Source: Minisyncoccota bacterium
GTDB lineage: Bacteria; Patescibacteriota; Minisyncoccia; Phycocordibacterales; UBA12079
Length of the DNA stretch: 58,602 nt
Direction: 5' to 3'
NCBI GenBank assembly: GCA_023129575.1
Contig: JAGMBS010000001.1
Location: 1 to 58,602, forward strand
The translations under genes and the position numbers were made by a program. The notes beneath the pieces were generated by a model that was not told where the DNA came from, ran no database searches, and was given only the letters and a program-made list of their open reading frames with translations. The first letter of the stretch is position 1. Every line of letters starts with the position of its first letter. This document shows positions 27,503 to 37,000 of the stretch, in pieces.

Positions 27503-28083
27503 ATCTTCTTTAATACAAAAAAGTGATAATATGGTTTTTCAAAAACTTTAAACTCCTTTTCTATTTTTAATTTAAGTTTTAATTCAATATCCTTTTTGAA
27601 CTTTTTTACAGATACTTGCTTCGTTCCAAGTTCCCAATAATGAACACCATTATATTTGTGGTTATTATTAAAAGATTTCCAATAAAACCATTTTATTTTT
27701 CTAATAAACGGTAATTTTATATCTATGTATGTTCCTCTTCCTGAATGAGGAACGCTAATTATTATTTTATTTTTAGTAACTCTTTTCATTTCTCTTATTA
27801 CCTGCATAGCATCTTCATAAGGTATATGTTCAATGGTTTGAAAAGAGCAAACTAAATCGAAACTTTTATCTTCAAGTGGTATATCTCTTGCATCTGCAAC
27901 TATATCTATATAGTCTCCTTTATTTATATCTAAAGATGTATATTTTATATTAGTTTGTGTTTTTAAGAAAAACCCTAATATACCATGACCAGCGCCAACA
28001 TTAAGAACATTAACTGGTTTTTCTTTCATTATTTCTTGTATTTGATCCCAAATACTAATCCATCTCCCTTTTTTAAAATACAT
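27499..28083 (-). CDS. Class I SAM-dependent methyltransferase
   Basis: 194 aa. VLNVGAGHGILGFFL...FDLVCSFQTIEHIP. Confidence 0.8.
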   Translation of the reverse strand: MYFKKGRWISIWDQIQEIMKEKPVNVLNVGAGHGILGFFLKTQTNIKYTSLDINKGDYIDIVADARDIPLEDKSFDLVCSFQTIEHIPYEDAMQVIREMKRVTKNKIIISVPHSGRGTYIDIKLPFIRKIKWFYWKSFNNNHKYNGVHYWELGTKQVSVKKFKKDIELKLKLKIEKEFKVFEKPYYHFFVLKKI

Positions 28084-28825
28084 AATTTTTTCTTATTTTA
28101 TGCTTCCTATGTAAAAAATATTTGTTTCTCCTTGAATCTCCTTTTATATAAACAAAATTTAATTTATTTTTCCAAGCTACATAATTAAAACTGAGTTGAT
28201 CTCTACGACTGTGATTTTTAATTTCCTCCCACCAATCTTTCATTGTTTTTATTATATCATTTTCATTATGTTTTCTTAATATTATCATACTAACGACTAA
28301 TCCATTATGCTCAGGATACCCTTCCATTTTATATTTTTCAACCTGTTCTTTCATCAACTCAGGATCGTCTTTATATTTTCCATTTTCTCCATATTCCAAT
28401 AAACTTTTAGCTTCTTCATAAATGCAATCTCTCCAATCTTCAGTATTTTTAACCCAAAAAAGTTTTTTCCATCTTTTTTTATGTTGAGTATGATCAAAAA
28501 TCGCTAAATTAGTTCTTGATAAGTACTTTTTAATTAAATTATTTACATCCCCACGAACTAATAAATTGCCATCTATCCAAATACTAATATCATATTCTGA
28601 TAAAAATTTATGGGGCAAAACTTTATACATTCTTGCATTTCTAACAGGATCTTCAAATTCAGGTTCTATTTTTATTACTTCCCATACATCAGATTTAAAA
28701 TTTTGATCAGTAAAACACACAAAATCACAACCCTTTGGAACAAATTTAGGTTCTATTAAATTGTCTTTTCCGCCAAAAATAGCGGTATAAATTACTGTTT
28801 TATTTTTCATTTTTATTAGCCACAA
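28073..28825 (-). CDS. DUF616-type putative glycosyltransferase
   Basis: 250 aa. VIYTAIFGGKD...CFTDQ...RNARMYKVLPHKF...IWIDGN...RDQLSFNYVAW matches the DUF616 pattern. Confidence 0.7.
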   Translation of the reverse strand: MWLIKMKNKTVIYTAIFGGKDNLIEPKFVPKGCDFVCFTDQNFKSDVWEVIKIEPEFEDPVRNARMYKVLPHKFLSEYDISIWIDGNLLVRGDVNNLIKKYLSRTNLAIFDHTQHKKRWKKLFWVKNTEDWRDCIYEEAKSLLEYGENGKYKDDPELMKEQVEKYKMEGYPEHNGLVVSMIILRKHNENDIIKTMKDWWEEIKNHSRRDQLSFNYVAWKNKLNFVYIKGDSRRNKYFLHRKHKIRKNYVF

Positions 28826-29435
28826 CCACGATGTTTTCGATAAACTTATTTGTGAATAAACCTAAAAATTTATAAATCACATATAGAAATTTCCTTTTTA
28901 TGCTTTGTCTATATTTAGGCCAAACATCATCCAGATACATTTCTTCAGAGACTTTCCAGTTATTTTTCTTTAACAGTTTTCTTAAAACGACAAAATTAAA
29001 ATACATTGTATGATCACTGTTTACGCTTGGTTCTTGCTTAAAAACTTTTTCCACAAAATTAAATAGAATAAAAATATTTGGTGTTGTAATTATAAGACGA
29101 CCATCATCTTTCAAATTTCTTTTACAAGAATCTAAAAATTGACCTAAATTAGAAAGATGTTCAATTAAATCCCCGGCAAAAATCACATCAAACTTGTTAT
29201 CAAAATCAAAGTTTTCAGCTGATTGCTTTTTATAATTCTTTGTATTTTCTAATTTATTTTCATCAAAATATAAGTCTACCCCATAAACTTCTTTTGTTTG
29301 TTTTTTCAACATGTTATGAACCCAATCAGAATCACACGCCTTTATATCCAAACCCCAAAAACCAACATCCAAGACAACATCCTTTTCCGAAATTTGATCT
29401 TCGATTAACCCTCTTTTTGATTTATATATTTTCAT
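28800..29435 (-). CDS. Class I SAM-dependent methyltransferase
   Basis: 211 aa. VLDVGFWG...FDVIFAGDLIEHL...LKDDGRLIITTPN. Confidence 0.75.
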   Translation of the reverse strand: MKIYKSKRGLIEDQISEKDVVLDVGFWGLDIKACDSDWVHNMLKKQTKEVYGVDLYFDENKLENTKNYKKQSAENFDFDNKFDVIFAGDLIEHLSNLGQFLDSCKRNLKDDGRLIITTPNIFILFNFVEKVFKQEPSVNSDHTMYFNFVVLRKLLKKNNWKVSEEMYLDDVWPKYRQSIKRKFLYVIYKFLGLFTNKFIENIVVVANKNEK

Positions 29436-29445
29436 TTTATATTAT

Positions 29446-30117
29446 TTATTTAATTTTGCCCCAAACCTTTTCTCTATATTTTGATATTTTCTCTATCTCC
29501 AAATCAAAATTATCTAGTTTTATTCCTTTTCCTAGATCATGATGAACCTCACCTATTATATATTTTGTGTTCATAGGGTTTTGAATAACTTTATGTTCAT
29601 ATCCTTCTATATCAAACTTTATCAAGTCAAACTTTTCAATAGGTAATTCTATACAGCTTACTTGAGAAAAATTAAAGTTTTCCTCAAACCTATCAACGAG
29701 AGATGACGAAGCCGAACTGTTTCCTAAATACATTTTCTCAATACCTTCTTTGTCACTTATAGCTTTATTATAAATAAATACATTATCTAAATCTTTTACA
29801 TTTCTTTTTAATTTCTTAAAAGTTTCTGGATTTGGTTCATAACCATAAATAATAGCTTTAGGATATTTTGCTTTAAAAAACTGAATAGAGTATCCAACAT
29901 TAGAACCTAAATCTAAAATCTTTTTTGGCTCTCCTAAGTATTTATCATACTCACCTTTTAAAAAAATTTCACGAAAAGTTTGCGCATCTGACATATCTGT
30001 AATATGAGTTTTAACTTTTATACCATAAGCTTTTATAGTAATATCTCTCAATAACCATAAGAATATTTTTTCAAATTTTCTATATTTTATATAAATTTTT
30101 AATATATATATTTTCAT
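29446..30117 (-). CDS. FkbM-family methyltransferase
   Basis: 223 aa. ILDLGSNVGYSIQFF...IYGYEPNPETFKKL...DLIKFDIEGYEHKV. Confidence 0.75.
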   Translation of the reverse strand: MKIYILKIYIKYRKFEKIFLWLLRDITIKAYGIKVKTHITDMSDAQTFREIFLKGEYDKYLGEPKKILDLGSNVGYSIQFFKAKYPKAIIYGYEPNPETFKKLKRNVKDLDNVFIYNKAISDKEGIEKMYLGNSSASSSLVDRFEENFNFSQVSCIELPIEKFDLIKFDIEGYEHKVIQNPMNTKYIIGEVHHDLGKGIKLDNFDLEIEKISKYREKVWGKIK

Positions 30118-30164
30118 TCTTTTTTAAATTTTACTTTGTTTTTGAAAAAATACAAATTATAGTT

Positions 30165-31301
30165 TTATTTTAAAATTCTGTTTTTTATAAATTTGATTAT
30201 ATTTTCTGCTTTCTTTCTCCAAGTATATTTACTTAAAACAATTCGTTTTGCCTTTAAAGTTTTCTCATTAAAAAAACTGGGATTTTCTATCATTTTTTTA
30301 ATCACCTGAGAAAGAGAATCGTAATTACCTGCTTCAAAAGAAGTTGCGCAAGGTTTTAAAATCTCTGCCAATATTTTTAGATTTGAATATATAATTGGAG
30401 TATTACTTACCATATATTCATATACTTTCATAGGAAAACCGTATTCTCGATAATGAAATTTATTTGGATAAGGTATTACCAAAACATCAAGCGCGCGTTC
30501 AAACAAAAAAGCAGTAGCTGGATCTTTTTTTTCAAAAAAAAGACACAAATCACTAACTTTATGTTTTTTTGCTAATTGTTTATATTCTAAAATTTCTTCG
30601 CCACTACCACCAACAAAAACAAATAAAAAAGGATTTTTAGTGTTTTCTTTTTTTAATTTTTTACAAGCCATAATCATAATATCTATACCTTTTTCTTGAC
30701 CAAGTGTTTTAAAAAGCCCCACATAACCAATTAAAAATGTATGAACTGGTAAATGTAATTTTTTCCTTAATTCTAATTCGTTTAATTTTTTATTTTTATC
30801 AAAATCAACATTAATTCCACCATATGCGACAAAAATCTTTTGTCCTGATATATCAAAATTATTTACAATATTTTCTTTTAATCTTTTAGATGTCGTTATT
30901 AACGCTACACTATTTTTAGCCACAAAATTATCTTTCCATTTTTTATCTATCATATGCCAATCAGAAACTATATAAACCTTCTTGAAAAAGACACGCCTCC
31001 AAATAATTACAGCTAACAAAAGAAACTTATCATTAGAAAAATAAATATGACCTTTATTTGTAAATAATACATGTTTTCCAACCCACAGAAAATAAGTTAA
31101 TGAACGAGAACTTCCTTTGGTAATTTTAGGAACTATTACTGATTTTACTCCTAAAATATGTTTATTTTTTTTAACAACAGTTAATGTATAGTTAGTCCCT
31201 AAAATAGAAGAAAAAGCTTTTGAAAATTCTTGAATATAGATAGCATCTGCCGTTTGAACAGGATATTTTTTAAATGTTAAATTAGTAATTTGAAAATTCA
31301 T
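30165..31301 (-). CDS. GT4-family glycosyltransferase
   Basis: 378 aa GT-B-like ORF. GYVGLFKTLGQEKGIDI, FVGGSGEE, PMKVYEYMVSNTPIIYSN. Confidence 0.75.
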   Translation of the reverse strand: MNFQITNLTFKKYPVQTADAIYIQEFSKAFSSILGTNYTLTVVKKNKHILGVKSVIVPKITKGSSRSLTYFLWVGKHVLFTNKGHIYFSNDKFLLLAVIIWRRVFFKKVYIVSDWHMIDKKWKDNFVAKNSVALITTSKRLKENIVNNFDISGQKIFVAYGGINVDFDKNKKLNELELRKKLHLPVHTFLIGYVGLFKTLGQEKGIDIMIMACKKLKKENTKNPFLFVFVGGSGEEILEYKQLAKKHKVSDLCLFFEKKDPATAFLFERALDVLVIPYPNKFHYREYGFPMKVYEYMVSNTPIIYSNLKILAEILKPCATSFEAGNYDSLSQVIKKMIENPSFFNEKTLKAKRIVLSKYTWRKKAENIIKFIKNRILK

Positions 31302-32442
31302 ATATTTTATATTCTTTTATTATTTCTTTAATTTCAAAAATTTGAGATCTTCGCTGTGATTTTTGGCCATATTTTTTAAGTAATTCCTTGTTTTGATATA
31401 ACTTCAAAATTACTCCTGCAATATTCTCTACATCTTGTTTAGCTGCCAAAACTCCATATTCGGCATATTCTATCTTACCTTTTTTTAATTGTTTGTTAAA
31501 GTCAGAATTTGGAGCCAATAATTCTCTTGAACCAGAGCCACAGTCAGTGGCTATTATAGGTAATCCTAAGATTCCAGCTTCAATTAAAACATTTGAAAAT
31601 CCTTCCCAAAGAGACGTAGAAACTAATACATCTGAATTAGCCATATAAAAATATGGATTATCTGTAAAACCCTCTAAATAAACGTCTTTTATATTTAAAT
31701 CTAAAACTAATTTTTCTAATTCCTTTTGCTGTCCCCCTTCTCCCAAAATAATCAACTGGGCATCTGTTTTCTGTTTTACTAAAGCAAAAGTTCTAATTAG
31801 AGTTTTAAAATCTTTTTGTTTTTCTAAACGACCGATTGCTAAAATCGTAAACTTTTTAGGATACAGCCACTCCCCCTTTTTTGATTTTTCCTTAATTTCT
31901 TCTATAAATTTTGGATTGTAGATAACTTTAATTTTATCTTTTGATATTTTACTTGTTTTTATTAAATCGTCAGCAACATTTTTAGAATTAGCAATAATTA
32001 CATCTGCTTTTGGATATAAAACTTTAATTAAAAACGGGATTAATTTATCTCTCTTATTTTTATAATTCTTAAATAAGTCCGAAAAAGTCATTCCAACACG
32101 AACAAAAACTTTTGTTTTTGTTCTAGAAAATATTTTAGCCAAAATTAAAATTAAATTGGCATGTTCAGAAGTTCCTAAAACAAAAACTGGCTTTTCTTTT
32201 CTTAAATATTTTATGATTGGAAGTATAGAAAACAAAATTCTTGAAACATTTAAATCTATAATGTTTATTTGCAAATCAATTCTTTTTTCTAAAACTCCTT
32301 TTCTACTAAATAACAACAAATCTACATCAAAACCATCTTCAGCAAATCCTTTTGCTAAATCTAAAATCACATTTTCCCCTCCCCCTTCATATAGACCTAT
32401 TAGGAAAAATCCTATTCTTTTTTTGTTAGTTTTTTTGTTCAC
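31282..32442 (-). CDS. GT4-family glycosyltransferase
   Basis: 386 aa. GGGENVILDLAKGF...IGRLEKQKDF...SLWEGFSNVLIEAGILGLPIIATDCGSGSRELL. Confidence 0.85.
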   Translation of the reverse strand: MNKKTNKKRIGFFLIGLYEGGGENVILDLAKGFAEDGFDVDLLLFSRKGVLEKRIDLQINIIDLNVSRILFSILPIIKYLRKEKPVFVLGTSEHANLILILAKIFSRTKTKVFVRVGMTFSDLFKNYKNKRDKLIPFLIKVLYPKADVIIANSKNVADDLIKTSKISKDKIKVIYNPKFIEEIKEKSKKGEWLYPKKFTILAIGRLEKQKDFKTLIRTFALVKQKTDAQLIILGEGGQQKELEKLVLDLNIKDVYLEGFTDNPYFYMANSDVLVSTSLWEGFSNVLIEAGILGLPIIATDCGSGSRELLAPNSDFNKQLKKGKIEYAEYGVLAAKQDVENIAGVILKLYQNKELLKKYGQKSQRRSQIFEIKEIIKEYKIYEFSNY

Positions 32443-33473
32443 AACAAAATTTTTCTAAGTTTATCTTTAATAATTTCTAACGGAACATCACCAAGACATC
32501 TCAAAACATCACCACGACAACTTTCTAAATGTTCTCTGCCTTCATAGATATTATGTTGGTAATTATTGATTTTATATAAAATAGTTGCATTTGGATTATA
32601 GTAAGGCAACCAATTAGGTGTTCCATTTTGTGCAATTATAAGTGATTTTTGCCCTAAAAAGGAAGCGATATGAGCCGTTCCTGTATCCACTCCTATAAAT
32701 AGTTCGGAGTCATCTATAACTGTACACAATTCTGACATTTTAGAATTAGTCATAATAATCGCTTTATCTTTAAAATTATTTAAAACTTTTTCATCAGTTT
32801 TTCCACCAGTCAAAACAATCTTGATTTTAGGCAAAAGATTTTTAATAAAATCTATAATTTCATTAATCTCTTTTTCTCTAAAACTTCGTCCTTTTGTTGC
32901 CGCTATGGGGTTAAAAACAATAAATTTTTCTTTCTCTAAACCCAACTCTTTTAGAATATCTTCATCTTTTGTATATTCTAATTTTGGAATTTCTTTTTTG
33001 ACTTCAAAGTCCAATTCGTTTAGCACAGTTTTCAAAAAATCTGGATAAATAATTTTTGTATTGTATTTTAATAATTTTGTATAAATAAATTTATTAATTT
33101 TTTGCCCGTCATCAAACCCCACTAATTCACTTCTACCCAATAAAGAGATTTTTTTAGCTATTATCTTTATATACCAAGAAAGTTTCCCTGGAGTTGGTGC
33201 TGTGATAATTAAATTCTTAGAAAAAGCAAATTTTGATAATTTTAATATTCCCAATAACCCTTTTACACTTTTTCGATTAGCTAAAATTATATTTATATAT
33301 GAATATTTTGCTAAAAATTGTAAAAGTAATTTTTCATTTTTAGGGATAACCACATTTAATTTTATTGAATTATCATTCAGATAAATATTTTCCAAAAAGA
33401 AAATAGTCATCAAAAAATCTCCAATGGAACCATTTTGAAAATAAATTAAATTTTTGTATTTTTTATTAAACAT
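32439..33473 (-). CDS. GT9-family glycosyltransferase (heptosyltransferase-like)
   Basis: 344 aa. GSIGDFLMT near the N-terminus and FIGVDTGTAHIASFLG near the C-terminus, as in ADP-heptose:LPS heptosyltransferases. Confidence 0.7.
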   Translation of the reverse strand: MFNKKYKNLIYFQNGSIGDFLMTIFFLENIYLNDNSIKLNVVIPKNEKLLLQFLAKYSYINIILANRKSVKGLLGILKLSKFAFSKNLIITAPTPGKLSWYIKIIAKKISLLGRSELVGFDDGQKINKFIYTKLLKYNTKIIYPDFLKTVLNELDFEVKKEIPKLEYTKDEDILKELGLEKEKFIVFNPIAATKGRSFREKEINEIIDFIKNLLPKIKIVLTGGKTDEKVLNNFKDKAIIMTNSKMSELCTVIDDSELFIGVDTGTAHIASFLGQKSLIIAQNGTPNWLPYYNPNATILYKINNYQHNIYEGREHLESCRGDVLRCLGDVPLEIIKDKLRKILL

Positions 33474-34509
33474 TTATTTCCTTTAATAATTTTAAAGTAA
33501 TAATTTTTGGAGTACAATTTTTAATAAACTTATTATAAGCATTTTCAACTAATTTTTCTCTTAATTCAACATCTTTTTTTAATTTTAAAATGGCTTTAAC
33601 TAATTCTTGAGAATTTGCTGTTGGAATAAGCATTAGATCACTTTCATCAAATAATTCTCTAATTGCCGACGTGTCTGCTGTAATAACCGGTTTATGACAA
33701 GCAATACATTCATAAACTTTATTTGGAATTACTCTTTGTACTTTATCAGTGTCTCCAAATATTCCAAGACAAACATCAGTTTGGGCAATTTGCATCGGCA
33801 ATTTTTTATACGGAACATTGTCAGTGAAATTTATATTTTTATATTCGTTATTTTGATATTCTCTTTTTATGTTTGTTCCAATTATATTAAATTGAATATC
33901 TGGATATTTTTCAAGCAATTTTGCCGATTCTAAAATGTATTTAATTCCTTGCAAAGAAATATTTGTTCCGTGAAAATGAATTGTGAATTTGCCATTGTTT
34001 TTTAAGTTTTCAATCGGACTAAAAACACGCTCATCCGTTCCAACCAAAACTCTTGCGAATTTTTCTTTTTCAATTCCAAATTCTTGAACAAAATATTTGA
34101 TATGTTCGTTGGTATCCAACAAAACCTTGTCTGCCAATTTGCAAGCCAACCAATCTAAAAACCAAAAATACCTCGCTTTGATACTGTTGGGTTCGGTATT
34201 TTTTCTGTCAAAAACCGTGGAGTCATAAACTGAAAGAAATATATCAAAGATAATTGGTTTCCTTGTTAAAAATTTAGACAAAATCATCGCGTGCCAGCCA
34301 GGGAAAGCCACCAGCAAAACATCATATTCTTTTCGGATTTTCCAATGTTTTTTAATTAAATCAAAATATTTCACAACCCTTTTTAATTCGGTGCGGCACT
34401 CAATTATTTTCACGCCATTTTGTTCCAAACCTCGTTTGAGTATTCTGTTGCGGGAATAATTCGGGTCATAACGACCAAAAAAACAAATTGTTAAATTTTT
34501 TTTATGCAT
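33466..34509 (-). CDS. GT-B fold glycosyltransferase (GT4-like)
   Basis: 347 aa. ICFFGRYDPNYSRNRIL...FHGTNISLQGI...PNKVYECIACHKPVITADTSAIRELF. Confidence 0.7.
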   Translation of the reverse strand: MHKKNLTICFFGRYDPNYSRNRILKRGLEQNGVKIIECRTELKRVVKYFDLIKKHWKIRKEYDVLLVAFPGWHAMILSKFLTRKPIIFDIFLSVYDSTVFDRKNTEPNSIKARYFWFLDWLACKLADKVLLDTNEHIKYFVQEFGIEKEKFARVLVGTDERVFSPIENLKNNGKFTIHFHGTNISLQGIKYILESAKLLEKYPDIQFNIIGTNIKREYQNNEYKNINFTDNVPYKKLPMQIAQTDVCLGIFGDTDKVQRVIPNKVYECIACHKPVITADTSAIRELFDESDLMLIPTANSQELVKAILKLKKDVELREKLVENAYNKFIKNCTPKIITLKLLKEINV

Positions 34510-35140
34510 TGTATTTTTTGCAAATTACAAAATAACCCAAAGGGCAAGGATGTAATTTTTTAATTTTATTCGGCAATATTTTATCTAAAAACAAAGCCAA
34601 CGGATAAAAAATAATATTTAGATATTTCAATTTTCGGAAAGGATTTGCCAAACTAATCGCGCAACTAAATCTTTCTCCAATTTTGTATTTTTTAATATAC
34701 TCAAAACCTGCTTGACGCAAAACTTTATCTATCCCTTGAGAAGTCCAGCGCCAATAATCAACCGGCTCCGACGCTTCGTTAAAAACGAGAGGAAAAGTCA
34801 TAAATAATTTGCCTCGAGGTTTTAAAATGCGATAAATTTCTTTTAAGGAACTGGTCGGATTTTCTAAAATATACACTGTGTTCAAAAAAATCGCATTATC
34901 AAATAACCCGTCGCCTAATTCAATCTTTTTATTCAAATCAATTACCAAATCCGGATTTTTGTTATTATTATAATCTGTTCGCGTCAATTTAATGTCTTTT
35001 TTTAAATATTTAATATAAGAAGGATTTTTTCCACTTCCAAAATCGATAGTCTTGCCGGAAATTGCACCCAAATATTTTTGACAATATTTATTCATCAATA
35101 TCCGTCCCAAACTTTTTCCTTTTAGTATGTCTTTTATCAT
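34502..35140 (-). CDS. Class I SAM-dependent methyltransferase
   Basis: 212 aa. TIDFGSGKNP...FDNAIFLNTVYILE...LKPRGKLFMTFP. Confidence 0.75.
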   Translation of the reverse strand: MIKDILKGKSLGRILMNKYCQKYLGAISGKTIDFGSGKNPSYIKYLKKDIKLTRTDYNNNKNPDLVIDLNKKIELGDGLFDNAIFLNTVYILENPTSSLKEIYRILKPRGKLFMTFPLVFNEASEPVDYWRWTSQGIDKVLRQAGFEYIKKYKIGERFSCAISLANPFRKLKYLNIIFYPLALFLDKILPNKIKKLHPCPLGYFVICKKYNA

Positions 35141-35157
35141 AAAAACTGATTAATTTA

Positions 35158-35892
35158 TTAAATTCTTCCTTTGATAAATTGCAATCCGGAAATTTTGCCT
35201 AAAAATTGAGAAAATGTGGTGGAACTGTCAATTGATAATCGCGGCAACAAAAATATATTATTTTTTAAGCCGATTGCCCCCTCCCGGACGGTAAATGCCC
35301 CCTGATATCCGGCGTTTTTGACCATTGCAACGACAGAATTGTCAAAACAGCCGCTTGGATAAGCAAAAACATCGCATTTTTGTCCCAATTGTTTTTCTAT
35401 AATTTGTTTGCTTTCCGTAAGTTCCGCTCTTAATCGCTCTTTGGAAATTTGATTTAATTTTGGATGGCTTAGTGTGTGGCAGCCAAAATTTACAAATCCT
35501 GATTGTTGCATTTCTTTAATTTCATCCCAATTCAAATATCCTTCCTGCCCGATTAAATCCGTAATTAAAAATATTGTGACTGGGAAATTATATCTTTTAA
35601 GAAGAGGAAAAACAACGGAATAATTATCTTGATAGCCGTCGTCAAATGACAAAACTGCCGTTTTATGCAACATTTGTTTTTTATCTTGAATAGTTTTAAC
35701 TAAATCACCAATTTTAATTACATTAAACTTTTTCTTTTTCAAAAATCTTAATTGTTTTTCAAAATTGACGGACGCAACCGTAAAAAATCTTTTGTCATTA
35801 CTCACCGAATGATACATTAAAACACCCGCCTTGCGAGATCTTATCGCCAACGATAATAAATATTTTTTTAAGCTAATTAAATCCTTAAGCAT
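35158..35892 (-). CDS. Polysaccharide deacetylase (NodB/CE4)
   Basis: 244 aa. VLMYHSV, LSFDDGYQDNY, VTIFLITD, GCHTLSHPKL. Confidence 0.9.
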   Translation of the reverse strand: MLKDLISLKKYLLSLAIRSRKAGVLMYHSVSNDKRFFTVASVNFEKQLRFLKKKKFNVIKIGDLVKTIQDKKQMLHKTAVLSFDDGYQDNYSVVFPLLKRYNFPVTIFLITDLIGQEGYLNWDEIKEMQQSGFVNFGCHTLSHPKLNQISKERLRAELTESKQIIEKQLGQKCDVFAYPSGCFDNSVVAMVKNAGYQGAFTVREGAIGLKNNIFLLPRLSIDSSTTFSQFLGKISGLQFIKGRI

Positions 35893-37000
35893 AATATGAA
35901 TTTATTATATTTTTAATTAAATTGTTCAATCCGTGGCGTTTGATAATTTCTCGTCTTAATTCGGTTTGCGGTTTGTTCTCGTTTGAAATTTTCACTATCT
36001 TTTCCGCCAATTCTTTCGGGTCTGCGTTTTTCAAAATAAATTCGCGAGGCAAAATATTTTGAAATGTTTTATTCAATACAATAACCGGCAACTCGCAGGC
36101 CATCGCTTCTAAAACAACTTTATCCGCTCCGCCGGTCGGACATAAATTTACGCTTAATTTCGCGCCGCAATAATATCTGACAATTTCCGTGTTCGGAACA
36201 GCGCCTTCAAAAAAAATATTTTTCTCTAATTTTTTATTTTTGACTAATTTTCTCAATTCCTCCCGATAAATCCTGTCTTTATCCGACGAAGCTCCGCCGA
36301 CAAATACGGCTTTCAAATTTTCTTGATTTTTTTGATTAACTAAAATATCAACCGCTTCTATTAAAAGTTTCTGATTTTTTATCGGACTTATTCTGCCAAC
36401 GCACAAAACATCAAATTTGTTTTGCCGCCCCGCTTCACAATTATATTTATTCAAATCTATTCCGTGCCCCGTTATTTTTAATTTTTTAGTTTGGAGGCGG
36501 AAAGATTCGGGCGTGGCGGAAAAAATAATATCGGCTAATTTCTCGGCCATTCTTAATTTTAAATTTACCGCTTTGTGCAGATACCACAGGCCGATTTCCT
36601 TCCGCCAAATTTTCCAAAATAATCCGCCTAAAACAACATATTCCGGATTCATATGAACAAAGACGGTGTCATAATTTTTTCGTTCTCGCCAAATATATTT
36701 ATAAAAATTGAAAATGTATTTTTGTCTACTTTTAACTTTATGGACTTTTGACTTTTGGCTGGTACTTTCTTTACCCAAAGAAAGTACCTTCACATTCTGC
36801 GGCAAATCATAGTTCCCCTGTGAAATAGTTTTTCTTTTAGAAAAATTATCGCTTTGCGATATTTCACAGGGTAAGCCCGTTCCCAAAGCAACGACGGTCA
36901 CTTTTTCGCAATATTTGGCAAATTTAGCGATCCAGCCGTGAAAAAAGCCAAGAATATCGTCATTTTTATCCACCTTTTGAGTTAGTATTAATAATTTCAT
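35885..37000 (-). CDS. GT4-family glycosyltransferase carrying an in-frame palindrome plus heptamer-repeat insert
   Basis: 371 aa. VGRISPIKNQKLLIEA, FVGGAS, GGADKVVLEAMACELPVIV. The insert ...LGKESTSQKSKVHKVKSRQK is encoded by 36722-36788. Confidence 0.8.
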   Translation of the reverse strand: MKLLILTQKVDKNDDILGFFHGWIAKFAKYCEKVTVVALGTGLPCEISQSDNFSKRKTISQGNYDLPQNVKVLSLGKESTSQKSKVHKVKSRQKYIFNFYKYIWRERKNYDTVFVHMNPEYVVLGGLFWKIWRKEIGLWYLHKAVNLKLRMAEKLADIIFSATPESFRLQTKKLKITGHGIDLNKYNCEAGRQNKFDVLCVGRISPIKNQKLLIEAVDILVNQKNQENLKAVFVGGASSDKDRIYREELRKLVKNKKLEKNIFFEGAVPNTEIVRYYCGAKLSVNLCPTGGADKVVLEAMACELPVIVLNKTFQNILPREFILKNADPKELAEKIVKISNENKPQTELRREIIKRHGLNNLIKNIINSYYA

